Position numbers and translations under genes: made by a program
Origin: Deltaproteobacteria bacterium
GTDB taxonomy: Bacteria > Desulfobacterota > DSM-4660 > Desulfatiglandales > HGW-15
Length of the DNA: 64,000 nucleotides
Direction: 5' to 3'
Assembly (NCBI GenBank): GCA_016930835.1
Contig: JAFGGA010000160.1
Location: 138-64,137 of the forward strand
The notes under the pieces: model-generated
What the model saw: the letters and a program-made list of their open reading frames with translations, nothing else
Told to the model about the DNA's origin: nothing
The model's database searches: none
Shown: positions 1-9,890 of the stretch, in pieces
Position numbering within the stretch: the stretch's first letter is position 1
How the letters are laid out: every line of letters begins with the position of its first letter

Positions 1-5
1 AATTT

Positions 6-1718
6 ATGAAATCATATCCCTTGAGAAGCTCCGTCATGTTCATCTGTTTAGTATTAGCTGGAATTTCAGAAGGTATAGGGGTAGCGACCCTCATGCCATT
101 ACTAAATTTGACACTTGGAGGGGCCAACCATGCCGACAGCCACCTGGGGCGACTAACAAATGAGGTTTTTTCATATTTTGGCCTGCAGCCTAGCCTAGGC
201 ACATTGCTTATTGTGATAGTCCTCGGGATTTTATTAAAAAACGGATTTACCCTATTGGCAATGAAGCAGGTTGGTTATACCGTAGCGTATGTCGTCACCG
301 ACCTCCGCTTTGCACTCCTTCAATCGATTTTAAAAGCACGTTGGGATCATTTTATCAAACATCCGATCGGCCTGTTCACAAATGCGATAAGTACTGAAGC
401 GATCCGTCTCTCGGAAGGATATCGATTCGCTTGTCGTATTATTGCCGAAGCGATCCAAGTCCTTTTTTACCTTACCATTGCGTTATTTATTTCATGGCAA
501 GTAACCTTGGTCGCATTTTTTGTCGGATTATTGATCATCTTCATTCTCATCCCACTGATTAAAATGTCACGTCGGGCCGGTTTCCAACAGACAAATTCGT
601 TCCAGTCACTTCTCGTGCGATTAACTGAATTACTGAACGGTATTAAACCAATTAAGGCAATGGCCAGAGAGGATCACCTCGGACCCTTTTTAAAGATTGA
701 AGCCACCCGATTAAAAGATGCCTTGCAAAAACAGGTGCTGAGTATTGAGATGCTTAAAACTTTTCAAGAGCCATTATTGATCATGTTTATGGCATTAGGC
801 TTATACCTTGTCATGAAATTTTGGAATGTGCCCATTAGCAGTCTTCTGATCATGGTGTTTCTGTTTCAACGGTCCGTTTTTATTATGGGTAAAGTTCAAA
901 AGCAATACCAGGCCATGACGATCAGTGAAAGCGCTTTTTGGTCGTTCCGCAACACATTGAACGAAGTGAATTCAGCAGGAGAGACTCTCAAAGGGAAAAT
1001 TTCACCTGATCTTAGAAGATGTATTGATTTTGATCGAGTTTCTTTTTCCTATGGAGAGAAAGAAATCCTAAGAGTTGTTTCTTTTAAAATTCCCTTTGGT
1101 AAACTCACTGTAATCACTGGCCCTTCAGGGGCCGGAAAGACAACCATTGTTGACCTCATTGCGGGACTTCTTACACCTGAAAAAGGGGTAATAAGCATCG
1201 ATGGGGTCTCCTTGCAAGAGATTGATCTCCACAAATGGCGCCGTATGATAGGGTATGTTCCTCAAGAAATGTTCTTATTCCATGAGAGCATACAGGATAA
1301 CATCACACTGGGTGATAAAAGCATTTCAAATGAGGAAATTGAGAATGCCTTGATAAAAGCAGATGCCCAGGGCTTTGTACTGGGTTTACCTCATGGACGG
1401 GATAGTTTAGTAGGTGAACGAGGAGGCAAAATATCTGGAGGACAACGCCAGCGTATTGCATTGGCGCGAGCCCTTGTCAGAAAACCCAAGTTGCTGATAT
1501 TAGATGAAGTCACCACGGCTTTGGACCCTGAGACCGAGAATGCCATATGCAAAACTATTCTGGATTTAAAAGGTGAGATGGCCATCTTGGCTATCTCCCA
1601 TCAGCCCGCGATTATTCATGCTGCTGATATCGTTTATCATGTTGAAAATGGTCGGATTCGATTGAATGAACCCATATCAAAGCAATATTCAAAATCTTTA
1701 AACCCCATTTCTTGCTAA
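6..1718 (+). CDS. ABC exporter, fused permease + ATPase (MsbA-like type I exporter architecture)
   Basis: 570-aa ORF. The N-terminal ~300 aa are hydrophobic with several TM-like segments. The C-terminal NBD has Walker A GPSGAGKTT, signature ISGGQRQRIALARAL and Walker B LLILDE. Confidence 0.85.
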   Translation: MKSYPLRSSVMFICLVLAGISEGIGVATLMPLLNLTLGGANHADSHLGRLTNEVFSYFGLQPSLGTLLIVIVLGILLKNGFTLLAMKQVGYTVAYVVTDLRFALLQSILKARWDHFIKHPIGLFTNAISTEAIRLSEGYRFACRIIAEAIQVLFYLTIALFISWQVTLVAFFVGLLIIFILIPLIKMSRRAGFQQTNSFQSLLVRLTELLNGIKPIKAMAREDHLGPFLKIEATRLKDALQKQVLSIEMLKTFQEPLLIMFMALGLYLVMKFWNVPISSLLIMVFLFQRSVFIMGKVQKQYQAMTISESAFWSFRNTLNEVNSAGETLKGKISPDLRRCIDFDRVSFSYGEKEILRVVSFKIPFGKLTVITGPSGAGKTTIVDLIAGLLTPEKGVISIDGVSLQEIDLHKWRRMIGYVPQEMFLFHESIQDNITLGDKSISNEEIENALIKADAQGFVLGLPHGRDSLVGERGGKISGGQRQRIALARALVRKPKLLILDEVTTALDPETENAICKTILDLKGEMAILAISHQPAIIHAADIVYHVENGRIRLNEPISKQYSKSLNPISC

Positions 1719-1723
1719 ACAAT

Positions 1724-2896
1724 ATGTATCTCTTTTTTATCAGACGTTTTCCGGACCTTGACCATTTTTTCCCGGTTATTTATACATTAGCGAAAAGTAA
1801 TAAATCGCCTATTTCGATTTTATGTCAGAATATGGACTACGATCTTCAAAACGATTTTATACTCAGCTTTTTGAGGAAAAAATTTAATATCCCCATAGGA
1901 TATTCCTATCACTTTGATCGATCCTTTCTGAGACGCATTCTTTCCAGAGTGTTTCTTTCGGCCCGAAGGATTTATCCGAAAGTAGGTGTTTGGCTATTCA
2001 ATAAATTTCATCGACTTCTTTTCGGTAAGAGCTGGGCAGAAAATCTTCTGGCTATATTTAATCCTTCGGCCGTAATTATGGATTTTAAAAGGGCCTTGCA
2101 TTTATCAAACAAAGTGATTATTGATGCATCGAAAAAAAGAGGAACCCCTATTGTTTTCATGACACATGGAATCACCATGCGTCTTTCCGGACTCACGCAA
2201 GCAACAGACATGCCAGATGTTGACTACAAGATATTTCCAAATTTTCATAAGGTCCGGTATTACAAGACCGACAAAGATTCTGATGAGAGTGTCAAAATTT
2301 TAGGTGCGGCAAGATATTGTGATGAATGGGAGAAAATATACAATCAAATATTGGCAAAAACCTTTCCTTGCCTAGATTTGCCTAATGGAAAAGACAAACT
2401 GAAGATACTTTTTTTTGAAAGGCCGATTATCGGATTGAACAGCAAACATGAATGTTATAAGGCGATAAAAAATCTTGATTTCGTCGAAGCAGTATTTAAA
2501 GAGAGGATCGAGAAAAAAAATCCATATTATGAGACAAGGGAAGCCAACTATCCATCGGCTAGATTGATACAATGGGCTGACGTGGTTGTAATGTCCATTT
2601 CAAGTATTGCCTTGGAAGTTCTCTGGCAGAAAAAGCCCCTTCTATTTTTGAAGTTTCTTTCACCTCCTGGGGAGGTATGTGCATTTGATGAATATAAGGC
2701 CTGTTGGGCTATGCACAGTCAAGAAGAATTAATGGATGCTATTCAAACCTTAAAAAATAACCCAAGCTATAAACCGTATACTGATCAGGATGTCAACAAG
2801 TTGGTTTGTGATGTAGTATATAATGGTGATATGAGGAAAGATATCTTGCGGGATCATATGAGATTTTTTATGGATATTGTATCCAGAGACAAATAG
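1724..2896 (+). CDS. Hypothetical protein, possibly a GT-B-like transferase
   Basis: The track ORF begins at TTG 1712; the first ATG is at 1724, just after the upstream stop (1716-1718). I cannot name a motif. The C-terminal segment ADVVVMSISSIALEVLWQKKPLLFL resembles the second Rossmann half of GT-B enzymes, and the gene sits in a glycan cluster. Confidence 0.5.
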   Translation: MYLFFIRRFPDLDHFFPVIYTLAKSNKSPISILCQNMDYDLQNDFILSFLRKKFNIPIGYSYHFDRSFLRRILSRVFLSARRIYPKVGVWLFNKFHRLLFGKSWAENLLAIFNPSAVIMDFKRALHLSNKVIIDASKKRGTPIVFMTHGITMRLSGLTQATDMPDVDYKIFPNFHKVRYYKTDKDSDESVKILGAARYCDEWEKIYNQILAKTFPCLDLPNGKDKLKILFFERPIIGLNSKHECYKAIKNLDFVEAVFKERIEKKNPYYETREANYPSARLIQWADVVVMSISSIALEVLWQKKPLLFLKFLSPPGEVCAFDEYKACWAMHSQEELMDAIQTLKNNPSYKPYTDQDVNKLVCDVVYNGDMRKDILRDHMRFFMDIVSRDK

Positions 2897-2975
2897 TTAT
2901 GGATCGTTATTGTTTTGTTCACATGCTTCATGACCGGTTTCAAATAGACGGCAAGGAAAGAAGGATATTATAGCG

Positions 2976-4031
2976 ATGGTAAGAATAGGGGTACTTGGGG
3001 CGGGCAGGGTGGTCCAGAATAGATATCAGGATGTCTTTCAATCTGAATTGAAGGATGCTAAGGTCACAGTAATATGTGATAAAGTAAAAGAGCGTGCAGA
3101 AAAAGTTGCTGCTCAGCTTGGTGCCTTTCCGCTTTATGATAGCGATGAAATGATGAGGAGAAACGATTTTGATGTTCTATTAATAGCCACTGAGTCCGGA
3201 AATCATTATCTGCACACCCAACAAGCCCTTCAAGCAGGAAAACATGTTATTGTTGAAAAGCCGCCGGCCCTTATACCTGATGAAATAATGGAAAGCGAAA
3301 AATTGGCGTCGGAGAAAAATCTTATGTACGCAGTCATTTTCCAGAACAGGTTAAACCCAGCCATGCAGATTCTGAAAAATGAATTTAGTGGTGGTCGTTT
3401 CGGGAAAATGGTATTGGCAACAATTCGCCTCCGTTGGTGCAGATATCAAGACTACTATGAAGACGGATGGCACGGCACATGGAAAATGGATGGAGGTGTA
3501 ATCAATCAACAGGCGATTCACCATATCGATGCATTACAATGGGTGTGCGGGCTTGTTACTGATGTTAATTCACTTCAGAACAATGCGCTTAATATCTTAG
3601 AGGCAGAAGATACAACTGTCGCCACGGTAAAGTTCCAAAACGGCGCACTGGGTGTTATTGAAGCCACAACAGCCGCAAGGCCGGATGATTTTGAGGCCAG
3701 CATTTCAATCGTTGGGGAAAAAGGAATTGCCGTTATCGGTGGAATCGCATTGAATGAAATTCAAACGTGGCGGTTTGTAGAGGAAAGGCCGGATGACCAA
3801 ATGATTCCCAAAATGTATTCACAAGATGTACCCACGGGTTATGGGCTTTCACACGGCCCCCTACTCCAGGAAATCATCAACAGGATTGCTGCGGGCAGGA
3901 TCGATCCCCCAATCACTGGTAGTGATTCGATACCCACTGTTAGGCTGGTGCATGCCTTATACAAAAGCACGGAAATCGGCGGCTGGGTTAGGATGTCTGA
4001 CAATCCTATCTCGAGTCGCTTGGGAAAATAA
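2976..4031 (+). CDS. Gfo/Idh/MocA-family NAD(P)-dependent sugar oxidoreductase
   Basis: N-terminal Rossmann segment MVRIGVLGAGRV, the EKP motif (HVIVEKPPAL), and a C-terminal alpha/beta domain typical of the family. Confidence 0.85.
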   Translation: MVRIGVLGAGRVVQNRYQDVFQSELKDAKVTVICDKVKERAEKVAAQLGAFPLYDSDEMMRRNDFDVLLIATESGNHYLHTQQALQAGKHVIVEKPPALIPDEIMESEKLASEKNLMYAVIFQNRLNPAMQILKNEFSGGRFGKMVLATIRLRWCRYQDYYEDGWHGTWKMDGGVINQQAIHHIDALQWVCGLVTDVNSLQNNALNILEAEDTTVATVKFQNGALGVIEATTAARPDDFEASISIVGEKGIAVIGGIALNEIQTWRFVEERPDDQMIPKMYSQDVPTGYGLSHGPLLQEIINRIAAGRIDPPITGSDSIPTVRLVHALYKSTEIGGWVRMSDNPISSRLGK

Positions 4032-4067
4032 TAAGAATCAATAAGGAAAATCATTAGAGATGCGGAT

Positions 4068-5105
4068 ATGTTATCAGTACTGGAAACGATTGAGAATATA
4101 GACTTGGATTTGGATCAAACCGATTATTATGCCGCGATTCTAGGCGAGTCACCATCGAAGGGAGCCAAGTCGCCGTCTCTCTGGAACGGAGCCTTTGACG
4201 CCCTGGGTCTTTCAGCTATGATGCATCCTATGGACATCGTCCCGGAAAAACTTATGGCTGTGGTGGAATGCCTCCGAAAGGACAAACGTTTTATTGGCGG
4301 TGCTGTCACAATGCCCTACAAGATAAATATTCTGCCTTTCCTGGACAAGCTCGAACCTGAGGCTGAAATGATTGGTGCAGTAAATTGCATTTATCGAGAT
4401 GGTGAAAAGTTAATAGGGTCAAATACGGATGGTGCTGGAGCGATATGGAGTCTTGAGAAAGAGATTTATGGAGGTCTCAACGAAAAAACAGTTTTGCAAA
4501 TTGGGACAGGTGGTGCTGGTTTTGCGGTTGCATCCTACCTATCATCTGCTATCGGTCCCAGAGGGTGCCTGAAGCTTGCGAATCGGTCACATCAATCTAG
4601 GAAAAATTTAGCAGCTAAACTATACGGGAGATGTCGAATAGAGCAAGTCGAATGGCCGCTTTCATCGGACGACGTCAGGGATTTAGACATCTTGGTGAAT
4701 TGCACAAGCATTGGATTCAAAACACTAAGGGAAGACAGCAATGGCATTTTTAGTCTAAACTTTTATACACCTTTGGGTCCTGTAGATGATAGTGCCCGTG
4801 TAAAAAAAATAAAGGATGCTGAAAAAATCTACCTTAAATCGGCTTCTGATGCCATTAAAGCAAACATAGGCTATTCTTTCGAAATCCTCGCTTCTATGGA
4901 CAATCCCTTCATCTTTGATATTATTTATCAACCTCCACAGTCCATGCTCCTTTGCATGGCTGAACTCATAGGCTACAAAACACTAAATGGGGCTCCCATG
5001 AACTTAGAACAGGCGGTTATTGCCTTTAAAAAGGCTGTGTCGGCTTCGGGTTTATACGACATAGAAAACAATGAAGTTCGTGATATAATGCGAAAGATCT
5101 GGTAA
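4068..5105 (+). CDS. Shikimate/quinate dehydrogenase family (AroE-like) dehydrogenase
   Basis: Family blocks are recognisable: GGAVTMPYKINILPFLD (catalytic Lys), GAVNCIY, GSNTDGAG (catalytic Asp) and a glycine-rich NAD(P) site GTGGAGFAVA. Confidence 0.8.
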   Translation: MLSVLETIENIDLDLDQTDYYAAILGESPSKGAKSPSLWNGAFDALGLSAMMHPMDIVPEKLMAVVECLRKDKRFIGGAVTMPYKINILPFLDKLEPEAEMIGAVNCIYRDGEKLIGSNTDGAGAIWSLEKEIYGGLNEKTVLQIGTGGAGFAVASYLSSAIGPRGCLKLANRSHQSRKNLAAKLYGRCRIEQVEWPLSSDDVRDLDILVNCTSIGFKTLREDSNGIFSLNFYTPLGPVDDSARVKKIKDAEKIYLKSASDAIKANIGYSFEILASMDNPFIFDIIYQPPQSMLLCMAELIGYKTLNGAPMNLEQAVIAFKKAVSASGLYDIENNEVRDIMRKIW

Positions 5106-5153
5106 TATTCTTGAATTTTAAAGCATGTTCAAAATATAACCCAAAAGGGAGTT

Positions 5154-6077
5154 ATGGAAATGAAAGACATCTCACAAACCGACATACAGAATAATATTCC
5201 CCTGGTTACCAGAAGGGATTTTAAAAGAGAAATAAAGGCCGGTGAGGTCTATATCGGGGGGAATGAACTCGTGGTCATGGCGGGTCCGTGTACGATTGAA
5301 GGCAAAAAACAAATCATGGAAACAGCAAAGGCTGTAAGGGATGCCGGCGCGAAAATGATGAGGGGAGGTGTGTTCAAACCATTGACATTTCCTTATGGTG
5401 AACCATTGGGTCAACCAGATACGGACAGCAATGAACCGCCTCGTGATCGCATGAAAATATTAAATAAAAGGGATCTTTATCAGGTAGCTGAAAGACGTCT
5501 TGGCTATTTCAAGGAAGCAGGGGAAAAATTCGGTTTACCCATTATTTCGGAAATCATGTATGCAGACAGCCTGGATATGATGTCAGAATACGTGGACATG
5601 TTTCAGGTGGGATACAGGCATATGTTTAACATGGATCTGATAGAGGCATTGTCGAAAACAAAAAAGCCGATCATGATCAAACGCCATTATGGAGAGAGCT
5701 TACGCTCATTACTTGGTGTGGCTGAACATTTCGAGGCCAGGGGCAAACACAATTTCGTGTTTTGTGAAAGAGGTGTTGTTGCGCCACATACGCATAATAT
5801 AAACTCACGCGCTATACTTGATATTCAAGCGATTCCAGCGCTTAAAGAGTATGCCCCATCTGTTCCCGTGATTATTGATCCGAGTCACGCCACCTTTAAG
5901 CGGAGTTATGTTGCGGCCATGTCTCGTGCCGCCATTGCGGCAGGTGCCGATGGACTTCTTATTGAAGTCCATCCTGATCCTGAAAATGCCTGGATCGATC
6001 CTCTTCAGGCATTGGGATTTACGGATTTCAAAAAATTGATGAAAGATATTAGAGCGATACATGATGCTATCCGATAG
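5154..6077 (+). CDS. DAHP synthase type I-beta / KDO8P synthase-family PEP aldolase, divergent
   Basis: Contains VVMAGPCTIEG, GGVFKPLTFPYG (canonical KPRTSPYSFQG), VGYRHMFN (canonical IGARNMQN), CERG, IIDPSH and LLIEVHPDPE. The metal-ligand-like Cys/His/Glu positions are retained. A good SD (AAAAGGGAG) lies upstream. Confidence 0.8.
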   Translation: MEMKDISQTDIQNNIPLVTRRDFKREIKAGEVYIGGNELVVMAGPCTIEGKKQIMETAKAVRDAGAKMMRGGVFKPLTFPYGEPLGQPDTDSNEPPRDRMKILNKRDLYQVAERRLGYFKEAGEKFGLPIISEIMYADSLDMMSEYVDMFQVGYRHMFNMDLIEALSKTKKPIMIKRHYGESLRSLLGVAEHFEARGKHNFVFCERGVVAPHTHNINSRAILDIQAIPALKEYAPSVPVIIDPSHATFKRSYVAAMSRAAIAAGADGLLIEVHPDPENAWIDPLQALGFTDFKKLMKDIRAIHDAIR

Positions 6078-6201
6078 AGGAAACAACTTGTATCGCTCCG
6101 GAGTTTTGTACTAATTATCCGGCGGAATGTCAAACGCCTGTTACGATAATTTTTTAGCATTCTAGCCAATAGGGCTTTAGACACCTGAAATAGAGGGAAT
6201 A

Positions 6202-6948
6202 ATGAAAATATTGGCTGTTATTCCAGCGCGTGGGGGTTCAAAGGGCGTTCGCCTAAAGAATATAAGGATGTTGGGTGGCAAACCTCTTATATCCCATATT
6301 ATTGAGTCGGCGAAGCAATCCAAACACATTGACCGGATGATTCTATCGACCGAAGATGAAGATATCATGAAGATCGGACAACAAATGGGAGTCGATATTC
6401 CTTTTATAAGGCCTCTTGAACTAGCTTCAGACGATTCCCCGTTAATAGCCGTGGTTTTTCACGCCTACCAATATTTTAAAGAGCGTGATATTCATTATGA
6501 TGCAGTCCTTTCACTGCAGCCAACGAGTCCATTTCTAAAGCCCACAAGCATCGATAAAATGATTGAACTATGGAATGAAAGCGGTTGTGAAAGCGTTACG
6601 ACTATTTCAGAAATCACTACAGGACATCCATATATATCCAAGGAGTTGCTTCCAGGGAATATCATTAAAAATTTTTTTCCACTCCCGGATGGGTTCATTG
6701 TCGGTGCAAGGCAAAAACGTCCAAAGGTTTATTATTTAACCGGAGCAGCATATCTTCGAGATAAAAGACTTTTGGAAATTACTGAAAAAAAAGGGCATGC
6801 ATTGGGGACCGACGCTAGGGCTGTTGTCTTAGACGAATTGGAAGCCGTGGATATCAATAGCGAGTTCGAACTAAAGTTTGCAGAATTTTTAATAGGCTCA
6901 CAAAATATGGGAAAGACGGATATTTCGCTCAATGGAAAATCAATATAG
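6202..6948 (+). CDS. Acylneuraminate (CMP-ulosonic acid) cytidylyltransferase family protein
   Basis: N-terminal KILAVIPARGGSKGVRLKNI, LSTEDEDI and LQPTSPF blocks are typical of CMP-NeuAc/CMP-Kdo synthetase-like enzymes. Confidence 0.85.
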   Translation: MKILAVIPARGGSKGVRLKNIRMLGGKPLISHIIESAKQSKHIDRMILSTEDEDIMKIGQQMGVDIPFIRPLELASDDSPLIAVVFHAYQYFKERDIHYDAVLSLQPTSPFLKPTSIDKMIELWNESGCESVTTISEITTGHPYISKELLPGNIIKNFFPLPDGFIVGARQKRPKVYYLTGAAYLRDKRLLEITEKKGHALGTDARAVVLDELEAVDINSEFELKFAEFLIGSQNMGKTDISLNGKSI

Positions 6949-7531
6949 CAATCAAAAACGGCGCACTATCATCGAAATAGGGAGAAATGTTTTTCTCCCC
7001 AATGACGCAAAGATCACAGTCCCCAGATGTGTAATAGGGGATAATACGAGAATAAACGGACCTATTGTAATAAGAGGGCAAGAAGAATGTTTTATCGGTA
7101 AATATTCTGCTTTTGGATATCATATCACGATCATTACAACGAATCATGATATGACAAAAGCAAATCTACAAGTGAATATGCATCGACATTTTGGCTTCTC
7201 TAGTTTGGAAATTACGAAGGGGCCCGTGAACATTGGTAACAATGTTTGGATTGCGGATAATGTTACTATCTTATCCGGAGTAAACATCGGCGACGGTTGC
7301 GTTATTGGAGCTGGCGCTGTTGTCACTCATAATCTTCCGTCTTTTAGTGTTTCAATGGGGATGCCCGCCAAGATGACAAATTATAGATTCGACGAAAAAA
7401 TTATCGAGCAGCTCCTTGAAATAAAATGGTGGGATTGGCCTCCTAATAAAATCAGTAAGAACAAAGAGTTCTTTGAAACCGATCTTTCAAAATACAAGGG
7501 GCGTAGCTTATCCGATTTAATAACGGATTAG
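6932..7531 (+). CDS. Hexapeptide-repeat (LbH) acetyltransferase, Vat/CatB-like
   Basis: Left-handed beta-helix repeats (IGNNVWIADNVTILSGVNIGDGCVIGAGAVV) followed by the WWDWP motif (EIKWWDWPPNKI) typical of xenobiotic-type acetyltransferases. It overlaps the upstream gene by 17 nt. Confidence 0.85.
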   Translation: MENQYSNQKRRTIIEIGRNVFLPNDAKITVPRCVIGDNTRINGPIVIRGQEECFIGKYSAFGYHITIITTNHDMTKANLQVNMHRHFGFSSLEITKGPVNIGNNVWIADNVTILSGVNIGDGCVIGAGAVVTHNLPSFSVSMGMPAKMTNYRFDEKIIEQLLEIKWWDWPPNKISKNKEFFETDLSKYKGRSLSDLITD

Positions 7532-7544
7532 AATAGGGGTTTAA

Positions 7545-8915
7545 ATGACGTGCACGGCATCTATCATTATCAGGGCCTTAAATGAGGAAAAATGGATATC
7601 CTCCTGTCTTTCTGGGGTGTTTAGACAGGATTTCACGGATTTTGAGGTTATACTGGTTGATAATCAAAGTTCGGATCTGACGGTAGAGAAGGCCAAATCT
7701 TTTCCTATTGAAAAAGTTATTACAATTGCAGAATTCCTTCCCGGAAAGGCCCTTAATCTTGGAATCAATCATTCTAGAGGAGAATACATTATATGTCTTT
7801 CAGCACATTGCATACCTGTTAATTCGAAATGGCTTGGTACGCTTTTGAAAACAATACAGACTCACGACCATGTGGCTGGAGTTTATGGGCGACAAGAGCC
7901 TATGGCTTTTACCGATGATGTTGATAAGCGAGATCTGATTAACATCTTTGGTCTGGATCGAAAAATACAGGTGAAAGATCCATTTTTTCATAATGCAAAT
8001 AGTATAATCAAAAGAGATGTATGGGAAACAACACCCTTTTCTGAAACCACTACAAATATTGAAGATAGACTCTGGGCCAAAGAAGTCTTGGCAAAAGGAT
8101 TTCAGATTATCTATGAACCAGAAGCCAGTGTGTATCATTATCATGGAATCAATCAAGGCAGGAATATTCAAAGAGCCAGAAATGTTGTCCGCATTCTAGA
8201 AAAAATACATCCATCCTTTCGAGGTGAATATATTCACGATGATATGAAAATTACGGCCATCATTCCTGTCAGAGGCCAAGTGAAACGGATAAAGGGGATG
8301 TCATTACTAGAACTTACAATAGAATCTTTGAGGCATTCGAAATATATAAAAGATATAATTGTCGCAGCGGATAATGAAGAGCATATGAACATTGCTAGAT
8401 CCTTGAATGCGAGAGTTATCCGCAGACCTAATGATTTATCCTATGAATATATCGAAGTGATTAAAGTTTATCAATATGTCTTGGAAGCTTTGAAAGATGA
8501 AGGCAAATTACCAGATCTAATCGTTTTGGCTCAGGAAGTTTATCCTTTTAGGCCCAAAAAATTTTTCGACCGCATGATAAAAAGGCTGGTTAATTCAGAT
8601 CGGGATTGTGTAATTGCCGCTAAGCCGATCTATAAATCCATATGGAGAGGAGACGAAGATAACCTTATACGGGTAGATAACGGATTTATACCTTCAAAAT
8701 ATAAGGAGCCGTTATTCATGGCCCTTTATGGCCTGGGTTGCATTATGGAACCGAATATCATCCTACGGGGAGAAAAAATCGGGCAAAATGTGGGGCTAAT
8801 TACAATTGATGACCCGTATAGTTATCTAAGCGCTAATAATGGTGAATCAATGAAGATCATTGAACAGCTTTTACCGAGATGGCGAGAATATTTAGAAAGT
8901 GAGGAAAGAATCTAG
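7545..8915 (+). CDS. Fusion protein: N-terminal GT2 glycosyltransferase + C-terminal cytidylyltransferase-like domain
   Basis: aa 1-200 carry ASIIIRALNEEKWI, VILVDNQSSD and NIEDRLWAKE (GT-A/GT2). From about aa 234 (nt ~8244) come KITAIIPVRGQVKRIKG and IIVAADNEEH, which resemble a degenerate PARGGSKG / STDDEE of CTP_transf_3 enzymes. Confidence 0.7.
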   Translation: MTCTASIIIRALNEEKWISSCLSGVFRQDFTDFEVILVDNQSSDLTVEKAKSFPIEKVITIAEFLPGKALNLGINHSRGEYIICLSAHCIPVNSKWLGTLLKTIQTHDHVAGVYGRQEPMAFTDDVDKRDLINIFGLDRKIQVKDPFFHNANSIIKRDVWETTPFSETTTNIEDRLWAKEVLAKGFQIIYEPEASVYHYHGINQGRNIQRARNVVRILEKIHPSFRGEYIHDDMKITAIIPVRGQVKRIKGMSLLELTIESLRHSKYIKDIIVAADNEEHMNIARSLNARVIRRPNDLSYEYIEVIKVYQYVLEALKDEGKLPDLIVLAQEVYPFRPKKFFDRMIKRLVNSDRDCVIAAKPIYKSIWRGDEDNLIRVDNGFIPSKYKEPLFMALYGLGCIMEPNIILRGEKIGQNVGLITIDDPYSYLSANNGESMKIIEQLLPRWREYLESEERI

Positions 8916-8918
8916 CAT

Positions 8919-9890
8919 ATGAATATCAATGAAATAAAATCGAGACTCAAAGGGAATATTGTCCCAGTGCCCGCGCAATTCAATGAAGATTTGAGCATAA
9001 ACATCCCTGCTATCGAAATGCACGTAACTTTTTTAATTCAAAAAGGGATTCAATTCTTTTACCTTGCCGCATCCGCTTCACAATTTGATTACATGTCACG
9101 GGATGAAAGATTGTTAGTAACTAAAAGTGTTGCAGCCATCCTGCCCGGACATTGTATTCTCCTAGCCCAGTCGATGGGAGGACATTCTTTTGAAGAACAA
9201 TTAACAGAAGCGAAAATGATGATGGACCGCGGCGCGACAGCAATAGTTATTGCTCCAAGAGGAATAAAAGAGGGAAATAAATTTTTCAGCTCATTTTACG
9301 AACGAGGTTTCTACTCACCCGATCGGCATGATGATTATTTTATAGCCTATATGGAAAAAATGGCTGAAAAAAGCAACGCCCCTTTGGTATATCATAATAA
9401 ATCATTCTCAAATGGTCGCGGTCCCAGCATGGATATGCTTCACAGAATTGTTGCTATTGACAACGTTGTAGCCCTTAAAGAACATATTAGCGACCCTGGA
9501 TCGCTTCGAAAAGTGTATCGGGAGCTAGGTGACAAGGTTGTCTGTTTTGATGGATTTGGGAAGACGGTTCAGTTCTGGTCGATGCAGTGGGGGGCTAAAG
9601 CAAGGCATACTTGCTGGGCATGGTTTGATCCAGATCGAGAAATCAAATTTTTCACGCATATTGAAAATGGCAATTTAAATAACGCTGCTGAGATCGTAAA
9701 TGATGAATGGCCCATAGCGGAAGCAATAGCAAAAACTGGCTTTCAAGGATATTTGTATATTATGGAACTGATGGGTTTACCCTCAGGCCCTGTAAGGATC
9801 CCCGGCGAAAGGCTCAATGAGAGGCAGAAAGAAATGGTAAAAAACGCTGTGAATCGCATCGGACTTTTAAGAAATGAAAGTTTTGCATAA
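8919..9890 (+). CDS. DapA/NanA-family (class I, Schiff-base) aldolase-like protein, divergent
   Basis: The layout matches dihydrodipicolinate synthase / N-acetylneuraminate lyase. The N-terminal segment is VPVPAQFNEDLSINIPAIEMHVTFLIQKGIQFFYLAAS, and the candidate Schiff-base lysine is in VVALKEHISD. The canonical GTTGE block is degenerate (ASASQFDYMS). Confidence 0.55.
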   Translation: MNINEIKSRLKGNIVPVPAQFNEDLSINIPAIEMHVTFLIQKGIQFFYLAASASQFDYMSRDERLLVTKSVAAILPGHCILLAQSMGGHSFEEQLTEAKMMMDRGATAIVIAPRGIKEGNKFFSSFYERGFYSPDRHDDYFIAYMEKMAEKSNAPLVYHNKSFSNGRGPSMDMLHRIVAIDNVVALKEHISDPGSLRKVYRELGDKVVCFDGFGKTVQFWSMQWGAKARHTCWAWFDPDREIKFFTHIENGNLNNAAEIVNDEWPIAEAIAKTGFQGYLYIMELMGLPSGPVRIPGERLNERQKEMVKNAVNRIGLLRNESFA

